DNA of 64,000 bases from Candidatus Omnitrophota bacterium (GCA_013203315.1 JABMQJ010000020.1:64001-128000); one strand, 5' to 3'; positions 47,005 to 62,667 are shown, counted from the stretch's first letter. Notes: generated by a model from the letters alone, not told the origin. Numbers and translations: made by a program.

Positions 47005-47879
47005 TCGATATTCTTGAGCTGCTCTCTTATTTTTTCTATTTCCGTTTTTATTTCAATTGCGCCTTTGGAAATATTAAAGCCGCTCGACTTTGATCCTATA
47101 GTATTTATTTCTCTATGAAGTTCTTGAGCGATAAAATCCAGTTTTTTTCCGACTTCGCCCGGTTTTCTTATGGTTTTTGTAAAGTTGTGTAGGTGATTAT
47201 CAAGCCTTGTTAACTCTTCGGTTATGTCGCTATTTTTTGCAAAAAGCGCCACCTCCACTTCAAGCCTGCCTTTGTCAATAACATACCCCCCGGAAAGCTC
47301 TTTTATCCTGTCCTTTAATCTTTTTTTGTAATTTCGTACATTATGGGTAGCGTTTCTTTTGATGTCTAAAATAATTTTCTTTATTTTTTTTACCCTGCTG
47401 GTTAAATCCGCAAAAAGAAAACTGCCTTCTCTTTCTCTGTCCTCGACCAGCTTCCCAAGCGCTTCCCATGTAACTTCCTTTACCAAAGGCCAGAGTTTTG
47501 TTACATTTTTTTCCGTCAATTTACTGTTTATCACCCCGGGAAACGAGATAATGTCGGCTAGTTTCGGCTCGCCTTCAACATCTAGTCTTTTTTTAAGGCC
47601 CCTTAATTTATTGCAGTAGGTTCTTGCCAGTTTCTCGTCTATAAGAATATCTGTATTTACTTCGTGCGGGGCATCGTGAACAAGGTTTAAATAAATTTTT
47701 CCTCTCCTGATTTTATTTTTAACGAGGGCCTTTACCCTGTCTTCAAAGACTCCCAGGCTATTGGGCAGTTTGGGGGTTATTTCCAAAAATTTATGATTTA
47801 GCGTTCTCAGTTCGACTGCGAAGGCGTGTCCCTTTGTCTTGATCGCCGCTTTGCCGAAACCCGTCATTGATTTTATCAT
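47001..47879 (-). CDS. yicC: YicC/YloC family endoribonuclease
   Basis: MIKSMTGFG, DITEELTRL, GKKLDFIAQELHREINTIGSK. Confidence 0.93.
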   Translation of the reverse strand: MIKSMTGFGKAAIKTKGHAFAVELRTLNHKFLEITPKLPNSLGVFEDRVKALVKNKIRRGKIYLNLVHDAPHEVNTDILIDEKLARTYCNKLRGLKKRLDVEGEPKLADIISFPGVINSKLTEKNVTKLWPLVKEVTWEALGKLVEDREREGSFLFADLTSRVKKIKKIILDIKRNATHNVRNYKKRLKDRIKELSGGYVIDKGRLEVEVALFAKNSDITEELTRLDNHLHNFTKTIRKPGEVGKKLDFIAQELHREINTIGSKSSGFNISKGAIEIKTEIEKIREQLKNIE

Positions 47880-48373
47880 GCCCAGACCCACACTTCTTTG
47901 TCCGTCTTTGCCGTCTTCGTGGAATAGATATCCATTATTACTTCGTCGGGCTGGAACCAAAGCTTTATCTCCCGCTCCGCTTCTTTTCCGTTAGTAGAAG
48001 CGTGTATTACGTTTTCATAAACGCCTTTTGTCGTGATCCTGCCGTACTGGCCCCTTATGGAAACTGTGTCTGCCTCTTCGGGGTTGGTAGAACCGCAAAT
48101 CTGGCGAACCTTTTTAATGGCATCCTCACCCCAATAAACAAGCGCCATGACCTTTTTCTTGTGGTAGTGGCCCATAATATACTTGATCAGCTCGTTAAAA
48201 AATGGCTTATCCTTCATCTCTTTGTAGTGCTCTTCGGCTAATTTCTTAGAAACACGCGCTATTTTAGCGGCAACTATGTCGAGCTTTGTCTCTGAAAGCC
48301 GCGTAAGAACGTTGCCGGTAAGCGATTTTTTAAGGCCGTCCGGTTTTATTAGAATTAGAGTTTGGTTTATCAT
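47876..48373 (-). CDS. ndk: Nucleoside diphosphate kinase
   Basis: LIKPDG, GSTNP, SIRG, NVIHAS. Confidence 0.95.
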   Translation of the reverse strand: MINQTLILIKPDGLKKSLTGNVLTRLSETKLDIVAAKIARVSKKLAEEHYKEMKDKPFFNELIKYIMGHYHKKKVMALVYWGEDAIKKVRQICGSTNPEEADTVSIRGQYGRITTKGVYENVIHASTNGKEAEREIKLWFQPDEVIMDIYSTKTAKTDKEVWVWA

Positions 48374-48409
48374 ATTATATTAATATATGGGCTAATATAT
48401 AGGCTCTTT

Positions 48410-50415
<2,006 letters not shown>

Positions 50416-50427
50416 GTTATGCCCCCA

Positions 50428-51093
50428 TTAAATTATTACTATGAATTCTCCGCGCGGTTTTGTGTCGGAGAAATGCCGAAGCAGCACGCTCGCTTTGGCT
50501 CTTTTTGTTTCTTCGAACTTTTTTGTAAGCTCCCTCGCAAGGGCTATTTCCCTATCGTCCATTACATCCGCTATGTCGCCTAAAAGCTTTGTGATCCTGT
50601 GGCACGATTCGTATATGATGATTGTTCTTTTTTCATCCTTTAGTTTTTCGAGCTGTTTTCTTCTTTTTGCAGATTTGTTTGAGAGAAACCCTTCGAATAT
50701 GAATTTATTAGTCGGCTTACCTGAAATTACTAGCGCCATAATAAGCGCTGCCGGGCCTGGAATCGCCGTAATGGTAATATTTTTTTCGATCGCACTCTTT
50801 ATTAACACGGCACCCGGATCGGAAATGCCGGGCGTGCCCGCGTCCGACACAAGCGCTATTTTCTTGCCTTCTTCCAGAAGCGCTATAATTTTATCCTTTT
50901 TCTGCAATTTATTAAATGAGTAATAGCTGATGAGCGGCTTGTGGATATCATATCTATCCAAAAGAATTTTTGTGTGCCGCGTGTCTTCGGCTGCGATGGA
51001 ATCAACTTCTTTTAGTATGCGCAGGGCGCGAAGAGTTATGTCTTCGAGATTACCTATAGGGGTGCTTACTATATACAGCGTGCCTTGTTTCAT
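50428..51093 (-). CDS. rsmI: 16S rRNA C1402 2'-O-methyltransferase
   Basis: TPIGNLEDIT, AEDTR, SDAGTPGISDPG, RELTKKFEE. Confidence 0.96.
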   Translation of the reverse strand: MKQGTLYIVSTPIGNLEDITLRALRILKEVDSIAAEDTRHTKILLDRYDIHKPLISYYSFNKLQKKDKIIALLEEGKKIALVSDAGTPGISDPGAVLIKSAIEKNITITAIPGPAALIMALVISGKPTNKFIFEGFLSNKSAKRRKQLEKLKDEKRTIIIYESCHRITKLLGDIADVMDDREIALARELTKKFEETKRAKASVLLRHFSDTKPRGEFIVII

Positions 51094-52949
51094 TCGACCG
51101 TAACGGACTTCGCGAGATTACGCGGTTGGTCTATATCATAGCCGAATTCCCGCGCAACATAATAAGCCAGAAGTTGTAGTGGAATGGCCACAAGTATCGG
51201 AGAGAAAAGCTCGCTAATCTCCGGGACCTTTACGACATAGTTTACGTTCTGGCTGGCGATTTCTTTATCGCCTTTGGTCGCGATAGCGATGATTATCCCG
51301 CCGCGCGCTTTAATTTCCTGAATGTTGCTTAGCATTTTTTCGTAAATCTTCGCCTTGGTGGCAATGCACACAACCCAGGGGTTTTCGTCAATAAGGGCGA
51401 TAGGCCCATGCTTCATCTCGCCGGCCGGATAGCCTTCAGCCGTTATGTAGGATATTTCTTTAAGCTTTAAGGCCCCTTCTAATGCGTTTGGATAATTTAT
51501 GTTCCTGGCAAGATAAAGAAACGTGCTCTTATTGTGTTTTTCCAGATAATACTTTCTGAAGTTTTTCGCGTATTCCGCAATTTTATTTTTATTGCTTTTA
51601 AAATCATTGAGGGTGAGTTTTAGAAGTCTTGGGATTTTTTTAAATTCTTTTAGTAATTTCTTTTTCGTCTTACCTGATATAACGCCTCTTATTCGCCCGA
51701 TATAAATTGTCAAAAGATAAAGTATTGCCAGTTGCGCCGTATAGGCTTTCGTGGATGCCACCGCGATTTCGGGGCCGGCGTGGGTGTATATTACGCCGTC
51801 TGCTTCTCTCGCTATAGAGCTGCCGAGCACATTGCATACAGCAAGGGTTTTGGCCTTTCGTTTTTTTGCCTCGCGAAGAGCGTGAAGCGTATCCGCCGTT
51901 TCGCCCGATTGGGATATCAGGATGACGAGGGTATTTTTCCCGACGATGGGCTTTCTGTATCTGAATTCGCTCGAGGTATCCACCCAGACAGGAATTTCTG
52001 CCAAGTCCTCCAGCATGTATTTGCCCGTTAAGGCTGCATGATAGGCGGTGCCGCACGCGACAATAGCCATATTTTTAATACCTTTGAATACCTTTTCTTT
52101 TATCGCGAGTTCTTCGAAATGTATTTTGTTATTTTTTAGCCGCTCTTTTAGGATATCACCTACAACATTGGATTGTTCAAATATCTCTTTTAGCATAAAA
52201 TGTTTAAAGCCTGATTTTTCTGCCTGGCTTATATTCCACTTTATGCGGGTGGGTTTTCTTGAAAGAGTTTTGCCGTTTATGTTGATTATTTTTATCGTAT
52301 TTTTTGAGATTTCCGCGATTTCATAATTATTTAGAAATATAACATTTTTTGTGTAATCTAAAATGGCAGGTGCGTCGCTTGCGAAGAAATTTTCATTCTT
52401 GCCGGCACCGATAATAAGCGGGCTATCGCATCTTGCGCCTACCATTCTCTTGCGGTCTGAGGCGTGCAAACAGCAAATGGCATACGAGCCTTTTAGGAGT
52501 TTTACTGCCTGGCGAACGGCTTCCAGCAAGTACCCTTTATAATATTTTTCGATTAAATGGGGGATGACTTCCGTATCGGTGTCAGAGACAAACTTATGCC
52601 CTTCTTTTATGAGCATAGTTTTTAGCGCCTGATAATTTTCTATGATGCCGTTATGAACAACGGCTATTTTGCCCGTGCAATCCAGGTGGGGATGTGCATT
52701 TACTTCGTTTGGTACACCGTGGGTAGCCCATCTGACATGGCCGGCACCTATATTTCCTTCCAGGGGGAAGCGTTTCAATTCGTCCGTAAGAACATGGAGT
52801 TTACCGGCTTTTTTGCTGAAATTAATCGAACCATCCTGTAAAACCGCTATACCGGCAGAGTCATATCCTCTATACTCGAGGCGCCTAAGGCTGTTTATCA
52901 GAACTTTTGCGGCGACTTTTTTACCTGCGTATCCTATTATACCGCACAT
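51090..52949 (-). CDS. glmS: Glutamine--fructose-6-phosphate aminotransferase
   Basis: Start MCGIIG (Ntn Cys) at 52949; RGYDSAG, RWATHG, SQSGETAD, PRNLAKSVTVE. Confidence 0.97.
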   Translation of the reverse strand: MCGIIGYAGKKVAAKVLINSLRRLEYRGYDSAGIAVLQDGSINFSKKAGKLHVLTDELKRFPLEGNIGAGHVRWATHGVPNEVNAHPHLDCTGKIAVVHNGIIENYQALKTMLIKEGHKFVSDTDTEVIPHLIEKYYKGYLLEAVRQAVKLLKGSYAICCLHASDRKRMVGARCDSPLIIGAGKNENFFASDAPAILDYTKNVIFLNNYEIAEISKNTIKIININGKTLSRKPTRIKWNISQAEKSGFKHFMLKEIFEQSNVVGDILKERLKNNKIHFEELAIKEKVFKGIKNMAIVACGTAYHAALTGKYMLEDLAEIPVWVDTSSEFRYRKPIVGKNTLVILISQSGETADTLHALREAKKRKAKTLAVCNVLGSSIAREADGVIYTHAGPEIAVASTKAYTAQLAILYLLTIYIGRIRGVISGKTKKKLLKEFKKIPRLLKLTLNDFKSNKNKIAEYAKNFRKYYLEKHNKSTFLYLARNINYPNALEGALKLKEISYITAEGYPAGEMKHGPIALIDENPWVVCIATKAKIYEKMLSNIQEIKARGGIIIAIATKGDKEIASQNVNYVVKVPEISELFSPILVAIPLQLLAYYVAREFGYDIDQPRNLAKSVTVE

Positions 52950-52959
52950 ACTTGTCTCC

Positions 52960-53385
52960 CTACAGTTGAACAAACCAGATGCCAAGCACTATAAAAACTG
53001 TTCCCGCCAAACGCAATGGCGTAACATGTTCGCCTAAAATGAGAACGCTCAGTATGGCCGTAACCAAGGGATAAGTAGCGGCTATCGGGACGATTTGTGA
53101 AGTAGCCCCCCATTTAAGAGCTGCAAAATAAGCAATCATGCCAAAAAGTCCTGCCATAATTCCCGTTACGGAAAAAATTGCGATTGTTTTTACGTCGGCC
53201 TGAAAAACCTGCCTTATCTTCCCGGTAAGAAGTAAGTATATAACAAGGGCGAGCGTAACAGCTATGCTTCTAATCGTAACAGCTGTTAGCGGGTCTACTT
53301 TCCCGAGGCCTATTTTTTCTAAAACAGGCGTTGTCCCCCACAAAAAAGCCGTAAGAATAAGGAGTAAGATAATTTCGATTTTCAT
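52960..53385 (-). CDS. EamA/DMT family transporter (single domain)
   Basis: 141 aa, multiple TMs, ILGE..RLAG. Confidence 0.85.
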   Translation of the reverse strand: MKIEIILLLILTAFLWGTTPVLEKIGLGKVDPLTAVTIRSIAVTLALVIYLLLTGKIRQVFQADVKTIAIFSVTGIMAGLFGMIAYFAALKWGATSQIVPIAATYPLVTAILSVLILGEHVTPLRLAGTVFIVLGIWFVQL

Positions 53386-54599
53386 TCTAGGCCCAAGACC
53401 TTTTTGTATATTTGAATATTGTTTGAGGCCATTATTTCTTTCGTAAATCTGAGTTCGGCAAACTTCCTGCCGGTTGCGCCTATTCTCTCCATCACGCTTG
53501 CGTTATCTAAAAGCATTATGGCTTTACTGGCTAAGGCTTCATAGTCTTTTATCGGAACGATATAACCGTTTATGCCGTCCTGTATGATCTCGGGCATGCC
53601 GCCTGAATTGGTAACTATCATGGGTTTTCCGGAAGCAAGCGCCTCCAGCATTGTCAGGCCGAACGGCTCTCCTACCGTCGACGGATAAAAACAAAGTTCT
53701 GCGATAGCGTACAGCTTAACCATTTCATCCAGCGAAAACATTTCGATATATAATTTATTTTTTATGCCGAGATTATCTATCAAGTCTACTATATAGGCAA
53801 TGTCTTTTTGTTGGGTTGATCCCCAATCTACGATGTTTTTTGTCCCGGCTAAAACTAAAAGTGCATCCGGGAATTTCTCTGCGATCAACCGCATTGCCTT
53901 TACGCTTACATCGCAGCCTTTGGCGATACCCATTCGCGCCGGGTGGAATATTACCCTTTTGTTTTTTAGGGGGGCGAGCCGTCCTTTATATTCTTTTTTG
54001 TTTGACGGTTTAAATCTTGTAACATCGATGCCGTGGTGAATTGTTGTCACCCGACTCGACTCGCAACCTATTCCCATGAGCTCTTTTTTAATGTAAAAAC
54101 TTACCGCTATTATATGATCCCAGGCGATATCCCTTGTAAGTTTTAAAAAAAGCATGTCATCCCAGGAATTGTGCGCCGTAAGAACCAAGGGAATGCCGCG
54201 CTTTTTCTTGATCTCTTCTTCCAGGATTTTGGCATGTATTCGGCTAAAGTAATTCATGTTGTGTACATGTACAACGTTGGGTTTTGTTTTATTTAAAAAA
54301 GAGGAGATTACCTCTCTTACTTCATCTTCGATACCGACTAGGCCCCTTTTGTTCAGCCAGTTCAGGTTCATAATTGGCGCGCGCATTATTTTTACGCCCT
54401 TGTAGGTGTCGTTGGCTTTTTTACCCTCCGCAGAACCGGTGAGCAGACTCACTTCGTGGCCACTCTTCACGAGCTCCGGGAGAAGCATTACAAGATGCGT
54501 TTCCACGCCGCCTATTATAGGTGGAAATGCCCAATGCATATGCGCGATTTTAAGTTTTTTGTTAGCTTTTCTACTTTTCTTCATTTTTTTTGTTACCAT
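53382..54599 (-). CDS. Glycosyltransferase family 4
   Basis: PPIIGGVE, HHGID, EPFGLTMLEALASGKP; start at 54599 with SD GGAG (the ORF-track extension overlaps a tRNA). Confidence 0.9.
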   Translation of the reverse strand: MVTKKMKKSRKANKKLKIAHMHWAFPPIIGGVETHLVMLLPELVKSGHEVSLLTGSAEGKKANDTYKGVKIMRAPIMNLNWLNKRGLVGIEDEVREVISSFLNKTKPNVVHVHNMNYFSRIHAKILEEEIKKKRGIPLVLTAHNSWDDMLFLKLTRDIAWDHIIAVSFYIKKELMGIGCESSRVTTIHHGIDVTRFKPSNKKEYKGRLAPLKNKRVIFHPARMGIAKGCDVSVKAMRLIAEKFPDALLVLAGTKNIVDWGSTQQKDIAYIVDLIDNLGIKNKLYIEMFSLDEMVKLYAIAELCFYPSTVGEPFGLTMLEALASGKPMIVTNSGGMPEIIQDGINGYIVPIKDYEALASKAIMLLDNASVMERIGATGRKFAELRFTKEIMASNNIQIYKKVLGLE

Positions 54600-54625
54600 A
54601 TTTGATCTCCACTTCTTATCAAGAG

Positions 54626-54697
54626 CGACCCCAACGGGGGTCGAACCCGTGTTGCCAGATCGAAAATCTGGAGTCCTAACCACTGGACGATGGGGTC
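54626..54697 (-). tRNA. tRNA-Glu(TTC)
   Basis: Anticodon arm CCAGA-TTTTCGA-TCTGG; GGTTCGACCCC; CCA not encoded. Confidence 0.92.
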
Positions 54698-54705
54698 AAA
54701 TTTTC

Positions 54706-57138
54706 TTAGTCTTCTTCTTTAATTACTCGCGCGACAGAGGCAGCTTTATCGTCTTTTCCTACCCTAATGATGCGCACGCCTTGCGCGCCACGGCCGGTAG
54801 CGCGTATATCTTTTACGGCGCAGCGTTCGATCATGCCCTTGGCGGTTATAATCATTATGTCGTCACCGTCCGAAACCATCTTAAGGCCGATAACAGGGCC
54901 GTTTTTCTCTGTTACCTTTATATTGATGATGCCTTTGCCGCCCCTTGACTGGACGCGGTAGGCTTGCGCTTCTGTTCTTTTACTGAACCCGTTTTCCGTA
55001 ACGCTCAAAAGTGTTGCTTTTTTATCCGCGATAACCTGCACGCCGACAACTATGTCTTTTTTGCCTAATTTTATGGCCCGCACCCCGGCAGCAGCCCTTC
55101 CCATGTCGCGTATGTCTGATTCGTTAAATCTTATAGCTTTTCCCTCTCTTGTCACTATAAATACCTCGTCTTTGCCCGAGGTAAGCTGCGCGGATATTAG
55201 CCTATCGTCCCCGGAAAGAGAGATGGATATTATACCACTTTTCCTTATATTTGCAAACGCGGAAAGGGCGGTTTTTTTCATCTTGCCCATGCGCGTTGTC
55301 ATCATTAAAAATTTTCCTTCCTCGAACTTTTTAACCGGGATGCTAGAGGTAATACCCTCGCCGCCTGAGAGAGACAACATGTTTACTATGGCCCTCCCCT
55401 TTGCTGTACGGCCGGCCTGTGGGATGTCGTAAACTTTTACCACATAGGCCTTACCTTTGTCCGTAAAGAAAAGGAGGTTATCGTGTGTTGAGGCGACAAA
55501 CAGATCCTCGACAAAATCTTCGTCTTTCACCCCGGCGCCGGAAACGCCTTTTCCGCCGCGGCGTTGTTTTTTGTAAGCGCTTACGGGAAGTCTTTTTATG
55601 TACCCTGCGTGGCTTATGGTTATTACAACGTCTTCTTCCTGGATAAGGTCTTCCATTTCGACTTCTTCGACCGCTCCTATAAGCTCTGTTCTTCTTTCGT
55701 CTCCGAACTTTTTGTTGAGCTCAGTTAATTCTTCTTTTATTATACCCTGCACTTTTTTCTCGCTGGCCAGGATAGCGTTAAGTAGTTCGATTTTCTTGAG
55801 CAGCTCCTTATATTCCTTGTCTATTTTTTCCCGTTCCAGATTTGTAAGCCGCTGCAATTGCATTTCGAGAATGGCCTGAGCTTGTCTTTCGCTTAATTTG
55901 AACTTTTTTATAAGTTCTTTTTTAGCGTCTGCCGGGTCTTTTGATTTTTTTATAATTCTAATTATTCTGTCTAGGTTTTTGAGCGCTATTTTCAGCCCTT
56001 CCAGTATGTGCGCCCTTGCTTCGGCTTTTTCTTTGTCAAAAATCGTTCTTTTTACTATTATTTCTTTCCGGTGCTCGACATAATACGAGAGCATCTCTTT
56101 TAGGTTCAGCACCCTCGGGCGGTTGTTGACAAGGGCGAGCATTATAACGCCGTATGTGGTCTTCATTTGCGTGCGCTTGTAAAGCTGGTTTAAGGTTACC
56201 TGGGCATTCTGCCCGCGCCTTAATTCGACAACAACCCTCATGCCGTCTTTATCTGATTCATCTCTTAAGTCGGTGATCCCTTCGACTTTCTTATCCTGAA
56301 CAAGGTTGGCTATGGAAGAAATGAGATTGTTTTTATTAACCTGGTAAGGAATCTCGGTAATAACTATACTTTCCTTGCCGCCCTTATGGCTTTCGACGGA
56401 GGCCTTGGCGTGAACAAGGAGCCTGCCCCTTCCTGTTTCATAGGCTTTCTTTATGCCGTCTTTACCGCATATCATGCCGCCTGTAGGAAAATCCGGGCCT
56501 TTTATTTTTTTCATTAAATCCTTGATCTCACAGCCAGGGTGGTCAATTAAATGTATTATGCCTTCGACAACTTCGGTTAAATTGTGCGAGGGTATGTTTG
56601 TTGCCATGCCAACGGCGATACCACTTGACCCGTTTAGCATCAGATTGGGCGCTGCAGATGGTAAAACGCTGGGTTCTTTAAGGGAGTTGTCAAAGTTGGG
56701 AACGAATTTAACTGTGTTCTTTTCTATGTCCTGCAGGAGCCAAGCTGTAATACGCTGTAGGCGCGCTTCCGTGTATCGCATCGCTGCCGGGGAGTCGCCG
56801 TCGATTGACCCGAAGTTACCTTGGCCGTCAACCAGCGGGTACCGCAAGGAGAAGTCCTGCACCATTCTCACCAGGGCGTCATAAACCGCCATGTCTCCGT
56901 GCGGATGGAATTTTCCCAAAACTTCGCCGGTGATCCTGGCGCTTTTCTTATACGTCTTGCTGTGTTCGAGATTCAGCTCTTTCATGGCGAAAAGAATTCT
57001 TCTGTGAACAGGTTTCAAGCCGTCCCTTACGTCCGGAAGGGCCCTTCCCACAATTACGCTCATGGCATAATTGATGTAGGAATCTTTCATTTCATCTTCT
57101 ATGTGGATCGGAACTATTTTCTCGTTTCTGGTATACAT
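54706..57138 (-). CDS. gyrA: DNA gyrase subunit A
   Basis: [28 protein letters not shown], GyrA-box QRRGGKG. Confidence 0.97.
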   Translation of the reverse strand: MYTRNEKIVPIHIEDEMKDSYINYAMSVIVGRALPDVRDGLKPVHRRILFAMKELNLEHSKTYKKSARITGEVLGKFHPHGDMAVYDALVRMVQDFSLRYPLVDGQGNFGSIDGDSPAAMRYTEARLQRITAWLLQDIEKNTVKFVPNFDNSLKEPSVLPSAAPNLMLNGSSGIAVGMATNIPSHNLTEVVEGIIHLIDHPGCEIKDLMKKIKGPDFPTGGMICGKDGIKKAYETGRGRLLVHAKASVESHKGGKESIVITEIPYQVNKNNLISSIANLVQDKKVEGITDLRDESDKDGMRVVVELRRGQNAQVTLNQLYKRTQMKTTYGVIMLALVNNRPRVLNLKEMLSYYVEHRKEIIVKRTIFDKEKAEARAHILEGLKIALKNLDRIIRIIKKSKDPADAKKELIKKFKLSERQAQAILEMQLQRLTNLEREKIDKEYKELLKKIELLNAILASEKKVQGIIKEELTELNKKFGDERRTELIGAVEEVEMEDLIQEEDVVITISHAGYIKRLPVSAYKKQRRGGKGVSGAGVKDEDFVEDLFVASTHDNLLFFTDKGKAYVVKVYDIPQAGRTAKGRAIVNMLSLSGGEGITSSIPVKKFEEGKFLMMTTRMGKMKKTALSAFANIRKSGIISISLSGDDRLISAQLTSGKDEVFIVTREGKAIRFNESDIRDMGRAAAGVRAIKLGKKDIVVGVQVIADKKATLLSVTENGFSKRTEAQAYRVQSRGGKGIINIKVTEKNGPVIGLKMVSDGDDIMIITAKGMIERCAVKDIRATGRGAQGVRIIRVGKDDKAASVARVIKEED

Positions 57139-57148
57139 ATTACTCCTT

Positions 57149-59623
<2,475 letters not shown>

Positions 59624-59926
59624 TTATTCTTTTATATCCCCTATCCTGAACTGCAATTGTTTTATTTTATTACGATTTTTTAAATTCTTATTAAATTCTT
59701 GTATAAGTTTGGTTTTTTCCGTAGTAAGCTTGTAAAGCCAGGATGAATTACTTACATTTACGACAAGTTTTTTTGATTTAAGGAAAGCTGGTTTTGTTTG
59801 TTTAGCACCTTTTTTTCCAACTGTTTTTCCCCATGTTTTTAAAATATCGGTTTCTTCTTTTTCTTTTTCTCCCAGGTTAGAGAGAAGTTCTTTAATTATG
59901 CTTTTTAACGGCGTTCCTTCGCTCAT
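59624..59926 (-). CDS. dciA: DUF721/DciA helicase loader
   Basis: W...VG..A....P......L.V.V.NSSW...L pattern; between dnaN and gyrB. Confidence 0.8.
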   Translation of the reverse strand: MSEGTPLKSIIKELLSNLGEKEKEETDILKTWGKTVGKKGAKQTKPAFLKSKKLVVNVSNSSWLYKLTTEKTKLIQEFNKNLKNRNKIKQLQFRIGDIKE

Positions 59927-61020
59927 GTAACTTGCATCGGCAAGACTACGTATACATATTCGTTGCCCAGCCTTATTACACCCGGTTTGTCGGTATCACC
60001 CAATTCAAGCCCTATTTGTTTTTCGTCTATATTTTTTAGCGCTTCGATAATATAGTTAGGATTAAACCCCACAGACACGTTTTTACCTTTATAAAGCACA
60101 CCCAACTCTTCTCTCACCTCTCCCGTGTACTGGGTATTTTTTGAAACAGCCATTCTGTCTTTTGATATATCGAGTTTAATCGCCATAGAATCCGGGTTTG
60201 TGAGAATTGAGGCTCTTTTTGCGGCTGCCAGTAAAGCATTTTTATCTATTATAATTTTTTCTTTAACCTCTTTCGGTATAACCTGTTCATAATTAGGGAA
60301 GTCACCTTCTATAAGCCTGGAAATAACGAAAGTGTCTTTTAAATCAAATAAAATTTGGTTTTCGCCGAATGATATCGTAACATCGCCCTCTTCTTGTAGT
60401 AACCTACTTAGCTCCTGAATGGTTTTTGTAGGTACAATGATTTTTTTATCTATAATGGTTTCGTTTGGAAGGGTTTTTTCAATAACTGCAAGCCTGCGTC
60501 CATCTGTGGCCACGAGTTTAATGGTTTTTTTCTTTGTAATAAGGAGCACACCGTTTAAAACATATCTTGTCTCGTCTTTGCTTACCGCGAAAGATGTCAT
60601 AGATATCATGTTTTTTAGAAAGTTTTGTGGAAGGGTTATGGTATCTTTGTTTTTGAAATTAGGTGGGGGTGGGAATTCGTCTTTTGGTAATCCTACGATT
60701 TTAAAAATTATTTTTTCGCACTCAATTATAACAGTATTATTCTTTTTTGTTGTGATAGATATATCACCGGTGTCCGGGAGTTCTTTTATAATATCAAGAA
60801 ATTTCTTAGCCGGTAGTGTAATGGCACCCTCTATTTCCGGTTTTACTGGTATTATTGAAGATATACCTATGTCTAGGTCCGTAGCGGTTATTTTTATAGA
60901 ATTTTTGCTTGCTTCCAGTAATATATTAGCTAATATAGGTAGAGTGGTTTTGGAGGATATCGCGTTTTGTACTTTTTGAATTATTTTAAAAATATCTCCC
61001 TTACTGGCTTTAAATTTCAT
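59923..61020 (-). CDS. dnaN: DNA polymerase III beta clamp
   Basis: PILANIL, ATDL, RYVLNG, VATDGRRL, SRLIEGDFPNY, VVLPM. Confidence 0.97.
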   Translation of the reverse strand: MKFKASKGDIFKIIQKVQNAISSKTTLPILANILLEASKNSIKITATDLDIGISSIIPVKPEIEGAITLPAKKFLDIIKELPDTGDISITTKKNNTVIIECEKIIFKIVGLPKDEFPPPPNFKNKDTITLPQNFLKNMISMTSFAVSKDETRYVLNGVLLITKKKTIKLVATDGRRLAVIEKTLPNETIIDKKIIVPTKTIQELSRLLQEEGDVTISFGENQILFDLKDTFVISRLIEGDFPNYEQVIPKEVKEKIIIDKNALLAAAKRASILTNPDSMAIKLDISKDRMAVSKNTQYTGEVREELGVLYKGKNVSVGFNPNYIIEALKNIDEKQIGLELGDTDKPGVIRLGNEYVYVVLPMQVT

Positions 61021-61202
61021 ATTACACTATCCCTCCTTTTTACTACTCTCTACTATTATATTTAATATAAAAGATAGTCGTACTCATAGTAGGGGTTGTG
61101 GATTGTTGATGGTTGTTGTAACATGCTCACATAAAACAACTTACAACCAAAAAACAGTACACAAGTTATCCACATATCCACAATCCATATATAATACAAA
61201 AA
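61021..61202. other. oriC unwinding region: DnaA boxes, DnaA-trios and AT cluster
   Basis: TTATCCACA 61166-61174, ATATCCACA 61174-61182, TGTGGATTG 61097-61105; minus strand box-ACCCC-TAC TAT GAG TAC GAC TAT-C-TTTTATATTAAATATAA. Confidence 0.85.
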
Positions 61203-62600
61203 CTACCCTTTAATATTCAGAACCAACTTATCTATAACCCAGCGCACTTTTTCGTCAGTTTTTAAAGCTCTCTCAAGTTTATCACAAGCATGAAGAACTG
61301 TTGTGTGGTCTCTACCACCAAAAGAATGCCCTATCTCAGGCAAAGAAAGGTCGGTGAGGTTCCTACTTAAATACATAGCGATCTGTCTCGGGTAAGCCAC
61401 CTGCCGGGTTCTTTTTTTTGCCTTCATATCCCCAATGCCGATATCAAAATATTGAGCAACCTTTTTTTGTATTAACTCAACACCAATTTTCCTCTCACCC
61501 TCAATAATCATTTCTTTCAATACTTCCTTGGCAAGATCTACGGTTATGGTCTTGTTCATTAATTTGGCGTAAGCAACCACACGAATGAGGGCGCCCTCGA
61601 GTTCGCGTATATTTGTTTTTACTTTTTCAGCCAAGAAAAAGAAAAGATCATCCGGAAGATACATGGTCTCTTTTTGGCTTTTTGTTTTTAGAATAGCTAT
61701 TCTTGTTTCAAAATCCGGCGGTTGTATATCTGTAATTAAACCCCACTCAAATCGCGAGACCAATCTTTCCTCTAATGTACGGATCTCTTTAGGTGATCGG
61801 TCGCTTGACATCACTATTTGTTTGTGGGCATCATAAAGAGAATTAAATGTATGGAAAAATTCTTCCTGCGTGGACTCTTTCCCGCCTATAAAATGTATAT
61901 CATCTATCAGGAGAACATCAACGTATCTGAATTTCTGGCGGAATTTATGCGTAGTTCGGGTTTGTATGGCGCTTATCAACTGGTTTGTGAAGTCTTCACT
62001 GGATATGTAAAGGATTTTTGTCTTTGGGGATCTCTTAATAAGGTCGTTACCCATTGCGTGCATGAGATGTGTTTTTCCAAGCCCAACCCCGCCGTAAATA
62101 AAAAGAGGATTATATGCTTTGGCCGGGGATTCTGCAATAGCCACGGAAGCCGCGTGAGCAAATCGGTTACTCGACCCTATAACAAAATTATCAAACGTAT
62201 ATTTTCCATTTAAACGCGTCTCCTTAGGGGGCGCTTCGTCTGCTTGTCCTTGTTTTGGGAAAACAGCCCTAAACCAGCCTTTTTTCTCTTTCGGCGCGGA
62301 TTTTTTATCAGTATCTTTTTGGGGCACATGATTTCCCGCAGTAGGAGAAATAGAAAACTCAACAACAAGCTTTTTATTGGCGACATGGCTAAGGTGGGAA
62401 CTAAGAAGGCCGGCGTATCTTTCACTGACCCATTCTTTGAAGAATTCATTCGGGACACCTAAAACCAGCCTGTCATCAGAAAGCGCAAGCGGCACCATCT
62501 GCATAAACCAGTTATTGAAGACCTGGTCGCTCACCTCATTTTTAAGGTGACTTAGGAGGTTATTCCACAGTTCGATATGGGTGATAGAAGCATTTGGCAT
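61203..62600 (-). CDS. dnaA: Chromosomal replication initiator DnaA
   Basis: YNPLFIYGGVGLGKTHL, LLIDDIHF, RLVSRFEWGL, GGRDHTTV. Confidence 0.98.
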   Translation of the reverse strand: MPNASITHIELWNNLLSHLKNEVSDQVFNNWFMQMVPLALSDDRLVLGVPNEFFKEWVSERYAGLLSSHLSHVANKKLVVEFSISPTAGNHVPQKDTDKKSAPKEKKGWFRAVFPKQGQADEAPPKETRLNGKYTFDNFVIGSSNRFAHAASVAIAESPAKAYNPLFIYGGVGLGKTHLMHAMGNDLIKRSPKTKILYISSEDFTNQLISAIQTRTTHKFRQKFRYVDVLLIDDIHFIGGKESTQEEFFHTFNSLYDAHKQIVMSSDRSPKEIRTLEERLVSRFEWGLITDIQPPDFETRIAILKTKSQKETMYLPDDLFFFLAEKVKTNIRELEGALIRVVAYAKLMNKTITVDLAKEVLKEMIIEGERKIGVELIQKKVAQYFDIGIGDMKAKKRTRQVAYPRQIAMYLSRNLTDLSLPEIGHSFGGRDHTTVLHACDKLERALKTDEKVRWVIDKLVLNIKG

Positions 62601-62603
62601 AAG

Positions 62604-62667
62604 TTATCCACACCTATGTACACAACAATCCAATACAGATATACAACTTATTCACAAGTTACCCACA
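62604..62667. promoter_or_regulatory. DnaA box cluster upstream of dnaA
   Basis: TTATCCACA 62604-62612, TTATTCACA 62648-62656, TTACCCACA 62659-62667. Confidence 0.85.

Noticed and set aside
52950-53000. glmS ribozyme
   Set aside because: Only 10 nt separate the EamA stop from the glmS start, leaving no room
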